DNA from: Alkalispirochaeta sp.
Lineage (GTDB): Bacteria > Spirochaetota > Spirochaetia > DSM-27196 > Alkalispirochaetaceae
Length of the DNA: 64,000 nt
NCBI GenBank assembly: GCA_965601925.1
Contig: OZ271854.1
Coordinates: 1,664,001 to 1,728,000, forward strand
Direction: 5' to 3'
The notes under the pieces are model-generated. The model ran no database searches, was not told where the DNA came from, and was given only the letters and a program-made list of their open reading frames with translations. Of this stretch, positions 39,408 through 49,282 are shown one piece after another (the stretch's first letter is position 1; every line of letters starts with the position of its first letter). A program made the position numbers and the translations under genes.

Positions 39408-40856
39408 ATGCCGTCTCTCAAGACCAACGCCTTTTACAGCGTCGCATATCAAGTAATTCGACTCATATTCCCGATCGTTACATATCCGTATGTGAGCCGA
39501 ATCATAGGCCCCGAGGGTATCGGTAAGGTTTCATACGCCCAAACGTTGGCCAATTACGTTTCGGTCGTTGCGCTTCTGGGTTTGCCGATGTACGCGAGCA
39601 GAGAAATCAGTAGAAGTCGCGCGAAAGAGGGAGCGCTCAACAAAGCGTATTCGGAGCTTATTACGCTTAGCTTTCTGTTATCGCTGGCCGGGTTTGTCGT
39701 GTATGCTTCGCTGCCCGCGCTCTTCCCGGCCGTTACCGCCGGACGCACACTGCATTGGCTTTTCGCGCTCGCGGTCGCCACCAACTTTGCCAAGCTGGAT
39801 TGGTTCTTTCAGGGTATAGAGAACTATCGTTATGTCACGATTCGAAACCTCGTCGTGCGTATTGCCACGGTGGCGCTGATTTTTTCCGTGATTACGCAAC
39901 CCGATCACTTTGTGCGGTACGGAATGCTCTGGGTCGGCGGCACGGTAATCGGCAATCTCTGGAACTTGGCGTACTCATTACGCTTTGCCGCGGTGTCAAT
40001 TCGCGGAATTCGTCCGTTTCGACACGTCAAAGCACTCCTGCCGAGCGCAGGCCTCGCCCTTACCGCTACTTTGTACGATAGTCTCGATACTCTCATGCTC
40101 GGAACGCTCGTAAATGACGACCGTTATTCCGTCGGTATATACTCCGTCGCGGCACGTCTCATTCGCATTGGAGTGAGTATCGTGGCCGCCGGGAATGCGG
40201 CAATAGGTCCTCGCATCACATTGCAACACGAGCTCGGAGACAAACGGGGGATGAATCGGATAATACAGAAGAGCTTCTGGATTACCCTCTTCTTCGGTGT
40301 TCCTGCGGTCATCGGGATCTTTTTGTTGGCCGATGATCTCGTACTTCTGTTTGCCGGCCGGCAGTTTGTCGATAGCATTACGACCCTCAGAATCAAAGCT
40401 CCGGAGCTGTTACTGCTCGGGTTGACTACCATTCTGGCAGGGCAGATTATGTACGCTCGAAGACGAGATAAGGCTCTCCTGAAAGTGACGATCAGCGTCC
40501 TGGTTGTCGCCATCGGTCTCAACATGCTGCTTATTCCTACGTTGCGACAGGATGGCGCCGCCATCGGTACGCTATTATCTCGCATCATAGAGATGTCGAT
40601 ACTCACGATCATCGGTTGGTCGGCAGTTAAGGATTTTGTCCTGCATCGCGAGACGGTAAAGATTCTTCTTCTCAATATGATCTGGGGAGGGCTGCTTTTT
40701 GTCTCTCTTGGCCTTGCCGAGGATTTTTCGATTCCAATCAGAATGACCGTTTTGGTATTGGGTGGGGCGTTTGTGTACGGGCTGATGTCGCTTGCACTTC
40801 GCTTACAGGTGGCGCGACAGATTCTGGGTTGGTTCTGGAAAACGAAGCGAGCTTAG
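39408..40856 (+). CDS. wzx: Wzx flippase (second copy)
   Basis: 'SLKTNAFYSVAYQVIRLIFPIVTYPYVSRIIGPEGIGKV', 'DWFFQGIENY', 'LNMLLIP...GAAIGT'. Confidence 0.92.
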   Translation: MPSLKTNAFYSVAYQVIRLIFPIVTYPYVSRIIGPEGIGKVSYAQTLANYVSVVALLGLPMYASREISRSRAKEGALNKAYSELITLSFLLSLAGFVVYASLPALFPAVTAGRTLHWLFALAVATNFAKLDWFFQGIENYRYVTIRNLVVRIATVALIFSVITQPDHFVRYGMLWVGGTVIGNLWNLAYSLRFAAVSIRGIRPFRHVKALLPSAGLALTATLYDSLDTLMLGTLVNDDRYSVGIYSVAARLIRIGVSIVAAGNAAIGPRITLQHELGDKRGMNRIIQKSFWITLFFGVPAVIGIFLLADDLVLLFAGRQFVDSITTLRIKAPELLLLGLTTILAGQIMYARRRDKALLKVTISVLVVAIGLNMLLIPTLRQDGAAIGTLLSRIIEMSILTIIGWSAVKDFVLHRETVKILLLNMIWGGLLFVSLGLAEDFSIPIRMTVLVLGGAFVYGLMSLALRLQVARQILGWFWKTKRA

Positions 40857-41080
40857 GCGGTCCGTGTTCCGTGCGTTTCCGGTGCCGCTGTCGACGGGCA
40901 AGAGGACCAAACCGTTCTGAACTGAGTGAGCCACGTTTTCATTGGCCCGCATTTCCGATATACTGCCGATATTCTTCTTACGGTGATACTGTTGGGGTGC
41001 GGACATTCCATCGAACTGAGTTTTATGCGACTGTTGTAACCCCGACCTCATCTCGGCTATTGCTAACACAGAATGAGAGA

Positions 41081-42286
41081 ATGAAAACAGGCTATAAGAA
41101 GAAACAAGACTCCCTGTTCGCGTCGAGCAACCCCACCATTGTCGGTTTTTTTCCACCACCGGAGATACGAACGGGTGGTCATCGGCGTTTTTTGGAGCTT
41201 ATGAGGGGGTTAGCCGAACGAGGGTATGAGGTCAATCTGCTTCACAATGCGAACGTCCGCGGGGTAGATACTCCGCTGCCGGGGCGTTGCATACCATTGC
41301 CCATTTCATCGGGGCGTGGGCCGGCGTGGTGGCGCTACCTCCGCGCAGTCAAGAATCGGCGTGTCGAACTCACCGAGACGCTCGCTACAAGACCGTTGGT
41401 GGTAGTCGCGTTCAGTACAACCGATTACTTCGCAGCCAAGGCGCTCTCTCGTCATCTGAATGCGCCGCTGCTTTTCTCTTTTCGCAGCAATATCGTCACC
41501 ATCCACAGGCGCTTCGGTATGCTTCATAAAGAGTCGCGTAGATTCAAACATCTACAGCTACTCGTTCAAGGTATCTGGAAACGGTTTCTCGAGTGGCGTA
41601 TAAGCTGCGGTGCGGATCGTATCGTGTTCCAATCTGACTTTGATCGTGACGAGATTGTAGGACGAAACTCCTGTGCGGACCGGAGGAGTGTCATTATTCC
41701 GAACTCCATACAGGCGAGTTGGTTCTCTCCTGAGCACGCCCGAACAAATCGGAGCGACAAAGTCGAGAAGATTATTTTCTTGGGCAGCCTTGGGGAGCGC
41801 AAAGGAATTCAGTACTTGATTCCGGCTATGCGCGTGTTGTGCAACGAGCGCCGTTATCGTATACGTCTCGATGTCGTCGGGTTCGGTGGGTTGGAAGCGT
41901 GGGCAAAGACGTATATCGAAGAGCATGACTTGGCCGACTGCGTTCGAATACTCGGGCGCGACAGACGGCCGCTCGATCGACTGGCCAAGTCTGATCTATT
42001 GGTAGTGCCTTCGCTTTACGACAGTTTTCCCAACAGCGTTCTTGAGGCGTTATATGTCGGCACGCCCGTCATCGGTACGAATACAAGCGGTATCAAGGCA
42101 ATTCTTGCGGCTCCCGAGTTGCTCTTCGATTCCGAAAGCACCGAGGCCATTGTACAAGCGTTAGACGACTTGATACGCGATAATAGTCGTTATCTGCACG
42201 TAAAGAGGCGGTGCGCGGAGCGGCGAGATACATTCGATTTCGATTGGATCGGGCGGTTCGAAGAAGTTTTACGAACGTTTGCGTAA
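41081..42286 (+). CDS. Glycosyltransferase family 4
   Basis: ATG at 41081 preferred (ORF track 40829). 'TGGHRRF', 'FLGSLGERKG', 'PSLYDSFPNSVLEALYVGTPV'. Confidence 0.88.
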   Translation: MKTGYKKKQDSLFASSNPTIVGFFPPPEIRTGGHRRFLELMRGLAERGYEVNLLHNANVRGVDTPLPGRCIPLPISSGRGPAWWRYLRAVKNRRVELTETLATRPLVVVAFSTTDYFAAKALSRHLNAPLLFSFRSNIVTIHRRFGMLHKESRRFKHLQLLVQGIWKRFLEWRISCGADRIVFQSDFDRDEIVGRNSCADRRSVIIPNSIQASWFSPEHARTNRSDKVEKIIFLGSLGERKGIQYLIPAMRVLCNERRYRIRLDVVGFGGLEAWAKTYIEEHDLADCVRILGRDRRPLDRLAKSDLLVVPSLYDSFPNSVLEALYVGTPVIGTNTSGIKAILAAPELLFDSESTEAIVQALDDLIRDNSRYLHVKRRCAERRDTFDFDWIGRFEEVLRTFA

Positions 42287-42395
42287 CGTCGCGGATATGA
42301 GGGATTAATGTGTACCCAAACTCGACGCACCTCGCCGATTATCAAGCGATTCTCCGTCGGTCATCAAATAAAAGGCGAACTATCGGTTATGCACC

Positions 42396-43634
42396 ATGAG
42401 TAGCCCAGTGACGATCACCATAATGGTGGGAACATTCCCCGCAGTCTCTCAGCAGTTCATTCTCAATCAAATCGCCGCACTCATCGATGACGGACACGAG
42501 GTGCGGCTACTCGCCTCGGCCGTTTCGCGCTCCCCCGATTACGGTGGCGTCGTAGAGCGCTACCGACTCATGGACCGAGTGCGATTTGCCTCGATTCCCG
42601 AATCACCGATACGTCGGATCGTGGTAGGCGCTCTCAAACTTTTGAAGTTGATGGTCCTGAGTCCGGTTCGCACGCTGAAGGCGCTCGACGTCAAACGCTA
42701 CCGTACGGCCGCACGAGGGCTCAAGACGTTGTTTTATCTCGATCTATTGCGCCGTGAGGCCTCCATACCCCTGATGCACTGCCACTTCGGTCCTATGGGA
42801 TTGACCGGACTCTTTCTCAAGGACGTCGGGCTCGTGAATAGCTTGCTCGTCACCTTTCACGGTTCGGATATCAACTCGTATCCCAAGCGGTACGGTCACG
42901 ATGTGTATCGTGCGCTGTGGGCCGGGGCCGACGCCTTTACGGCGAACACGACGTTTACCGCCGACCGTATGCGCGACCATGGCTGCACGGAGCGTTCCAT
43001 CCATATTCTCCCCGTGGGCTTACGGGTTAGCGAGTTCCCGATTCGAGAACACGTCTCCGATCCGTCACGGTTCGTGATCCTCGTCGTCGGGCGCATGGTG
43101 GAGAAAAAGGGCCATCGCTACATGATCGAGGCGCTCTCGATGCTGCGCGATCGCGTGTCGGGGCTCTCGTGTTGGTTTGTCGGTGACGGTCCGTTGCGAG
43201 CCGATCTCGAGGCGCTGGTTCGTACCCGTGGCTTGGAATCGACGGTAACGTTCTACGGCTCTCTTCCCGGTAGCGAGGTACGCTCGTTTTACGCTCGCTG
43301 TGACGTGTTTGCGTTGCCGAGTGTGACCGCTTCAAGCGGTGACATGGAGGGTCAAGGTCTCGTGTTGCAGGAGGCGCAAGCTTCGGGGTGCCCCGTCGTC
43401 TCCACATTGCACAACGGCATCCCCGACGGCGTTCGCGATAATGAAACCGGACTGCTGGTTCCCGAGAAGGACGCCGCTGCGTTAGCGGAAGCGATTCTCA
43501 CGTTCGCGAACGATCGCGGACGTATCGCGACGATGGGAGGGGCCGCCGCGCTGTTCGTGCGCGACCGGTACGACATTGCGCGGTTGAATCGCGAGCTTGT
43601 CGAAATCTATAGAGCGGTCGCGCCGGAGCTATGA
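42396..43634 (+). CDS. Glycosyltransferase family 4 (WcaL/AmsK-like)
   Basis: 'GTFPAVSQQFILNQI', 'HCHFGP.G', 'TFHGSDI', 'VGRMVEKKG', 'SGDMEGQGLVLQEAQASG.PVVST.H.GIP'. Confidence 0.92.
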   Translation: MSSPVTITIMVGTFPAVSQQFILNQIAALIDDGHEVRLLASAVSRSPDYGGVVERYRLMDRVRFASIPESPIRRIVVGALKLLKLMVLSPVRTLKALDVKRYRTAARGLKTLFYLDLLRREASIPLMHCHFGPMGLTGLFLKDVGLVNSLLVTFHGSDINSYPKRYGHDVYRALWAGADAFTANTTFTADRMRDHGCTERSIHILPVGLRVSEFPIREHVSDPSRFVILVVGRMVEKKGHRYMIEALSMLRDRVSGLSCWFVGDGPLRADLEALVRTRGLESTVTFYGSLPGSEVRSFYARCDVFALPSVTASSGDMEGQGLVLQEAQASGCPVVSTLHNGIPDGVRDNETGLLVPEKDAAALAEAILTFANDRGRIATMGGAAALFVRDRYDIARLNRELVEIYRAVAPEL

Positions 43635-44383
43635 TGGTCGGGTTTTCCAAACGCAGTCTCGTGATTGAGTTTTTTGGCCTGCCCGGCAGCGGCAAGAGCT
43701 ACGCGGCCTTGCGAGTGTGCTCCGCCCTTCGTGACCGTGGTGTCCGCGTCATCATGCCGATTGCCACAATCACTCGGGCGCCGCTTCCGATTCGCATACC
43801 CATCAAGAGCGTCCTGGCGTTTCTGTTTGCGGTGCTTCACCTTCCGACGGCGTTCCGCGTTATGCACGGCGTGCGCGAAAGCAGGCAGCGGTCTCTCCAC
43901 GACGCCGTGTCAGTGGCGTTTAACGTCTTCTTCGTGCTCGGCGTCCTGAGGCGTTATCAACACCGTCGAGTCGTTTTGGTGTTTGACCAGGGAACCGTGC
44001 AAGCCGTCGTATCCGTGCTGTACTCCGCCCGCAGTCGCCCTCCCGAGCGTTTGGTGAGCGTTCTCCCCCCGCCGGACGTTCTCTTGCACATGACGGCGGA
44101 TCACGCGACGATAGTCGACCGACTTCGATCGCGTACGGTGCGTCAAAGTCGTGTGGAGTCCGACGTATTATCGGGTATCATGCGTACGCAACGACGCGTG
44201 CGTCTAATCGAGCGGAGCGATTGGTACGCCGGGGTGCGGTGCGTCATTCCCTTGCAAGGGGATCTCGACGAGGGGCACACCGGCCGAGCGATAGAGACCG
44301 TAACCGAAAGGATACTGTGTGAGTGGCGGAACGTCCGACGACGACAAAATCTTGGCGCAAACGAGGCGGACTGTGTCGGCTGA
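43631..44383 (+). CDS. P-loop NTPase, nucleoside/nucleotide-kinase-like fold
   Basis: Walker A 'IEFFGLPGSGKS', 'VLVFDQG', 'PPDVLLHMTAD..TIVDRLRSR' (lid-like). ATGA coupling to upstream GT. Confidence 0.75.
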   Translation: MMVGFSKRSLVIEFFGLPGSGKSYAALRVCSALRDRGVRVIMPIATITRAPLPIRIPIKSVLAFLFAVLHLPTAFRVMHGVRESRQRSLHDAVSVAFNVFFVLGVLRRYQHRRVVLVFDQGTVQAVVSVLYSARSRPPERLVSVLPPPDVLLHMTADHATIVDRLRSRTVRQSRVESDVLSGIMRTQRRVRLIERSDWYAGVRCVIPLQGDLDEGHTGRAIETVTERILCEWRNVRRRQNLGANEADCVG

Positions 44384-45527
44384 CACCCCGGCGACGGGCC
44401 GCGGCCCAAAGGTCGGCATCTTCACGCGACCCATCGATCAGGGCACCAGCGGCAGTGGGCACCATCTTTCGGAGATGGTACGTCATATCATCGATATCAA
44501 CGAGGCGGAACGTCGATTCGATATCACATTGATTCACTATGAGAGGAATGATCGCGAGATCTATCGTCGCGTGCCCGAGCTCATTATCCCGCGCAATCCG
44601 TTGGCGGCGGCGAGGACATTGATTCCCCACCGATTTGACCTTCTTCATCACAGTCCCGTCACGATATTTTCTCCCGTGCGGGTTCGTGGTGCGGTTCATG
44701 TCGGAACGATCCACAGCGCCGAACCGAATATCATTCCGCAGTACTACTCCGTGCCCGCTCGCCTTCACGCACGCTGGATCAAGCCGCGCTACGCACGACG
44801 GATGGATCACATTTTTACGGTTTCCGAGACGAGCAAGCGCTACTTTGTTGACCATTGGCGCGTGCCGCCCGATCGAGTATCCATTACCTACAACGCCTGT
44901 TCTCCCGCCTATCGCGTGCTCGGCGAAGTGGGAGACACCGAGCCCTCCCCGGTGTTGCGACGCCTCGGAATAGACGAACCGTACCTGTTTCATATCAGCA
45001 AGCACTCTCCCCGCAAGAATCCAGACTGTATACTGCGCGCGTTCGCCGCCCTGTGCGAGCGCGGCACGATTCCCGGGGTGCGATTGGTTCTTGCGGGAAG
45101 CGGCTGGAAGAACGCTTCCGTGGAATCGTTTATCGACCGGCACGATTTGGGCACGCGGGTCGTGTTTCCCGGATTCATACCGGAAGAAGAAGTGGTCGAG
45201 CTCTTTAACGGTGCGACGGCGTTCATCTTTCCGTCCCGCGCCGAGGGGTTCGGCATGCCCAATGTCGAGGCGATGGCCTGCGGCTGCCCGGTGGTGACGA
45301 GTAACGCCTTTGCGATTCCGGAGATCGTCGGAGACGGGGCCCTTGTCATGGACGATCCCGATGACTATCACGATCTCGCCGATAAGGTCGAACGAATCTA
45401 CCGCGATGAGACGCTGCGGAGAAGTCTCGTTGAGCGCGGGATTACTCGCGCCGGCGAGTTTTCCTGGGAGAAGAGTGCCCGCACCGTTCTCGATACCTGG
45501 GCTCGATTAATCGAGCGGCGACGATAG
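44373..45527 (+). CDS. Glycosyltransferase family 4 (MtfB/WbaZ-like)
   Basis: GTG at 44373 after GAGG (ORF track 44319). 'SPRKNP', 'FIFPSRAEGFGMPNVEAMACGCPV', 'FSWEKSA'. Confidence 0.9.
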   Translation: MSADTPATGRGPKVGIFTRPIDQGTSGSGHHLSEMVRHIIDINEAERRFDITLIHYERNDREIYRRVPELIIPRNPLAAARTLIPHRFDLLHHSPVTIFSPVRVRGAVHVGTIHSAEPNIIPQYYSVPARLHARWIKPRYARRMDHIFTVSETSKRYFVDHWRVPPDRVSITYNACSPAYRVLGEVGDTEPSPVLRRLGIDEPYLFHISKHSPRKNPDCILRAFAALCERGTIPGVRLVLAGSGWKNASVESFIDRHDLGTRVVFPGFIPEEEVVELFNGATAFIFPSRAEGFGMPNVEAMACGCPVVTSNAFAIPEIVGDGALVMDDPDDYHDLADKVERIYRDETLRRSLVERGITRAGEFSWEKSARTVLDTWARLIERRR

Positions 45528-45554
45528 GCCGTCCCCCGGCGACCGATGTGCTCG

Positions 45555-46649
45555 TCATGCGTCTGCCGGGACGAGGTTTAGAATCTCCTCCAAGCGCTCC
45601 TCTATGTGCCGCGCTTGATCGTGATACGTCTCAAAGGCGTTTTGCACGATAGTCCGCCGCGCCGCTTCGTCGGTCAAATAGCGTTCACTCTGCTCCACCA
45701 CATTGTCACCGTCCCACCCGATCGGTACGTATGTCGTGTGCGGTACGAATATGTCCGGCCACGTCTCGAGGTGCGATACGTCCGGTTTGAGTAACAGACT
45801 GGCGTTGAGCACCGCCTCAAAGTCGCGAAAACAGATCTCGCCCCAGCCGAAGGGGCTGAGCGTGATCTTGCTATTGCGAATCTCCGTGTTGAACTGGCGT
45901 TGATCGACGCGTCCCAGAAGAAATCGATCGTCGTCGCGGATTTTATCTTCGATGATGGTCCGGTGGACAAGAAGCGTCGGCCGCTTCGGCCCGCCCCAGC
46001 GCGCGTGAACCGGAAAGAGTCCGCGATTATCCGGAAGCGCGGCCGGTCGGCCGACATTATGATAGAATGGTCGCACTGCGGGCATGCCGACCGTGCGGGC
46101 CAGAGCGACCGCTATCCGCTGGCGAGTCTTCACCTTGGGAAAGTCGCCGATACCGATGTTCCACGATACCCTCAGTTTCTTTTTGGCGGCGCTGATCGCC
46201 TCCGGATCGGTACCGACGACATCGGACAGTGTGGCTCTACGGCGCGGTTCGGGGTCGTCGACGCCGTGGACGCGGTGGTAATGGTCGGTAAACAGCTCGT
46301 CGCCGTAGAACGACTCGTCGTACAGCGATCGGTCCGTGAAAAGACTCTTGTTGAAGAGAAGATCGACGTAGGGTAGTACCTCGAGGCGCGGTATTCCGCC
46401 TCCCGCGTTACCGTTGAAAAAGAAGATGGTGTGGTATTTCTCTCGGAGCCGCTTCATGAGCTCCAAGTCGACCCGGTCCGGCTTCAGAAACCACCGGTCC
46501 ATAAACAAAACCCGGTTTCGATCTCGTTTCAAGCAGTACCCCGCCGAGTTTGTAAAGGTGAACGCCTTCCGGTGGCGAGAGACGAGGAACGGCTTCAGAC
46601 TGTGGAAGGCGCTGATGCGGTCATAGAAGGCGAGGATGGTAATCGGCAT
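45555..46649 (-). CDS. Glycosyltransferase-like protein (GT-B; C-terminus resembles exostosin/GT47 or Glyco_trans_1_2)
   Basis: 364 aa. 'EIRNSKITLSPFGWGEICFRDFEAVLNASLLLKPD', 'YVPIGWD'. Confidence 0.65.
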   Translation of the reverse strand: MPITILAFYDRISAFHSLKPFLVSRHRKAFTFTNSAGYCLKRDRNRVLFMDRWFLKPDRVDLELMKRLREKYHTIFFFNGNAGGGIPRLEVLPYVDLLFNKSLFTDRSLYDESFYGDELFTDHYHRVHGVDDPEPRRRATLSDVVGTDPEAISAAKKKLRVSWNIGIGDFPKVKTRQRIAVALARTVGMPAVRPFYHNVGRPAALPDNRGLFPVHARWGGPKRPTLLVHRTIIEDKIRDDDRFLLGRVDQRQFNTEIRNSKITLSPFGWGEICFRDFEAVLNASLLLKPDVSHLETWPDIFVPHTTYVPIGWDGDNVVEQSERYLTDEAARRTIVQNAFETYHDQARHIEERLEEILNLVPADA

Positions 46650-46754
46650 GTCCGATAGTGTCGCGAGCGGCGCCTCGGGGCGTCAAGCCCCTCGCATTCC
46701 AGCGTTCCGCCATGCACATACAATCCTTACGAGGCACGCACATAATACCGCGTA

Positions 46755-47906
46755 GTGGATAGCATCAAAGTACTGTTCATAGTGAACTCTTCCTACGGTG
46801 TAAGAAACGCGATAGGTGCACGGGCCGGCCATATCGTGGAACATCTTGCCGGGAAAGCCACCGTTTTGGCGCGATATGCAACGCGCGGGGCGCGTCGGGC
46901 GGTCGAGTATCATCAGTGCGGGTTCGGTGCCACCACCGGTAAACTGCTGAAGGCGATGCACGTCTATGTATCGGACCGATTTCCTCACAAAGCGATCCTG
47001 CAACGCGCGTTCGAACGAGACGTCGCGTCCTCTTTGAATAGGCTCGATATGAAGGCCTACGACGTAATCCACACGTGGGCCGCCGTACCGAACGAAGTGT
47101 ACGCGGCGAAGGAGCGCAATCCTCGCGTAGTAGTGGTCCGTGATGTATCGATGCGCCCCGATTACGCGAGCGGATCGACTCTTCGACGGGAGTCCGAAGT
47201 TATTGACTACTTTCTCTGTCCCGCACCGGCGGTGATAGAGGCGACCGTAGACGGGTGCGGCGTGCCTGCGGATCGTGTGTTTCTCCAACCCTTCGGCGCC
47301 GATACCGATCTGTTCGTTCCTCGAGAGGTTCCGGCCGCGGAGGGTCTCTTTCGCGTAGCCTTCAGCGGGCACGTCGATCGACGCAAAGGAATACCGGAGC
47401 TGGTGGAGGCGTGGCGGCTGTCCGGGTTGTCAAAAGAGGCTGATGCACGACTCGATCTGTATGGGCGAGTATATCCCGAGGTGCGTTCCGTATTATCGAA
47501 TGCCGCCTCGGCTCACATCGTCACCCACGGATTCGTCGATCTCCCGAGCACGCTTCCCAATCACGAGGCGTTCGTTCTCCCCTCGCACCGCGAAGGATCG
47601 GCCAAGGCGGTCTACGAGGCATTAGCGTGCGGATTGCCGGTCATAACGACGCGCGAGGCGGGAAGTGTCGTACGCCACGATCGGGAGGGACAAATCGTAC
47701 CGGCCGGCGACGCGGCATCGCTCGCAAAGGCGTTACGACGCTACTATGAAGACTCCGACCTCAGACGTCTTCACGGGAACGCCGCACGTCGACGCGCCCT
47801 CGAGTTTACGTGGGGCCGCTACGGAGCCGGCGTTGTGGCACTGTATGATACCATGGTCGCACGAGGACCGGTCGTCACGGCGCAGACGGACGGTCGTCTA
47901 CGTTGA
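46755..47906 (+). CDS. Glycosyltransferase family 4
   Basis: GTG start. 'FSGHVDRRKGIPEL', 'VLPSHREGSAKAVYEALACGLPVITT', 'FTWGRYG'. Confidence 0.9.
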   Translation: MDSIKVLFIVNSSYGVRNAIGARAGHIVEHLAGKATVLARYATRGARRAVEYHQCGFGATTGKLLKAMHVYVSDRFPHKAILQRAFERDVASSLNRLDMKAYDVIHTWAAVPNEVYAAKERNPRVVVVRDVSMRPDYASGSTLRRESEVIDYFLCPAPAVIEATVDGCGVPADRVFLQPFGADTDLFVPREVPAAEGLFRVAFSGHVDRRKGIPELVEAWRLSGLSKEADARLDLYGRVYPEVRSVLSNAASAHIVTHGFVDLPSTLPNHEAFVLPSHREGSAKAVYEALACGLPVITTREAGSVVRHDREGQIVPAGDAASLAKALRRYYEDSDLRRLHGNAARRRALEFTWGRYGAGVVALYDTMVARGPVVTAQTDGRLR

Positions 47907-49146
47907 ACGCCCTCGGGACGAAGGTCATCGCCGCGGCCAATGCACGCCCGGTATCGAAGAGCGAGGGTCTGCCGCGTTTCCCGTGATCCCGTTCGTACAG
48001 GCGATGATACATGGCGATAAGGCGCTCGGCGCTTGCCGACCAGCTGAACTGACGAGCGCGCTCGAGTCCCGCACCGGCGAGCCGTCGGCGCAAATGTACG
48101 TCGTCGGCAAAACGACTCATAGCGTGTGAGACCGCGTCGATGTCGTGGGTCGAAACGATGAGAGCGGCGTCGCCGACGACCTCCGGTATGGCGAACGCGT
48201 CGGTGGTGATTACGGGACATCCCGATGCCATCGCCTCCAGATTCGGCATTCCGAATCCTTCGCAAAAAGATGGAAAGATAAACCCCGTCGCCGTCGAGTA
48301 GAGGGACGGAAGATCCTCCTCCCGCACGAATCCTGCGAGGATCACCCGATCCGATATGCTCCTCGCACCGAGCATGGAGCGTACTTTTGCGGTGTCCCAT
48401 CCCTTTCCCGCAATAACGAGACGCCAAGGTCGCTCATCGCCGACGGATTCTCGCTCCTTCAAAAAAGAATGGAATCCGCGGATTAACGTCCATGGATTCT
48501 TGCGGGGAGAGAATTTGCTGACGTGGAAGAAGAAATGCGCTCCGGTGTTCAAGTCGGCATTGACCCGGTGGGGTCCGGGGCCGAGGGGCCGGTATATGGG
48601 ATCGACACCGTTGGTGATGACGTCTATAGTTTGTTTGCGCCGCAGAGGGTAGTGCGTGCGAAGGTACTGCTCGGTCGTGTGCGACACCGTCACAATATGA
48701 TCGATCGCGCGCGTCATCAACGGTACCACCGTCGCATCGTGCAGAACGTGGAGCGGTTTATAGTACCGCTTGAGAAGCACCGGCTCGGCGCCGTGAATCG
48801 TGGCGATCCGCGTCCCCCGTACGCCGTGCAGGGCGGTGAATATCGTCGGTAGATGGTAATGGATTAGCTCGAATCGGTGGCGATTGAGCGCACGCGACAG
48901 CGTTACCGGATTGCGGCCCACGATCATTTCTTTTATGCCGCGGCTTACGGCCGCTTCGTAGAAATGTCGATCCCCCGGCTTGTGGTGAACGAAGGTGATG
49001 TCGAGCCCGTGATCGAAGGTCGCGAGAGCGCTCAGGAGGCGATGCCAGTGCTGACCGCTTCCACTATGGCTGTGTTCGTCAACCGCGCGCGTAAAGACCG
49101 CTACACGCGGTCGTTTCATCCTTTGATCCCGCGAATAACTCTTCAT
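47875..49146 (-). CDS. Glycosyltransferase family 4 (MtfB-like; paralog of 44373-45527)
   Basis: 'VAVFTRAVD...SGSGQH', 'SPRKNP', 'FPSFCEGFGMPNLEAMASGCPV', 'FSWSASA'. Start 49146 or 49119. Confidence 0.9.
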   Translation of the reverse strand: MKSYSRDQRMKRPRVAVFTRAVDEHSHSGSGQHWHRLLSALATFDHGLDITFVHHKPGDRHFYEAAVSRGIKEMIVGRNPVTLSRALNRHRFELIHYHLPTIFTALHGVRGTRIATIHGAEPVLLKRYYKPLHVLHDATVVPLMTRAIDHIVTVSHTTEQYLRTHYPLRRKQTIDVITNGVDPIYRPLGPGPHRVNADLNTGAHFFFHVSKFSPRKNPWTLIRGFHSFLKERESVGDERPWRLVIAGKGWDTAKVRSMLGARSISDRVILAGFVREEDLPSLYSTATGFIFPSFCEGFGMPNLEAMASGCPVITTDAFAIPEVVGDAALIVSTHDIDAVSHAMSRFADDVHLRRRLAGAGLERARQFSWSASAERLIAMYHRLYERDHGKRGRPSLFDTGRALAAAMTFVPRAFNVDDRPSAP

Positions 49147-49282
49147 AAACGAGAAGTTTATACGGCGATTATTGCGGTTCGGTTACGACATTATGAGTTC
49201 TTCTTGAGCGGCCTTATCCGTCACCTTTCGAGAATGCCGCTCGTGACGACGAGGGAGTCGTTCGCCGTCCTCGATTCCCCTT

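Noticed and set aside
40829..41080. N-terminal extensions in the ORF track (also 26114, 53138, 56006, 11283, 35632, 23407)
   Set aside because: Downstream starts have better RBSs or family-typical N-termini; no evidence of fusions or frameshifts.
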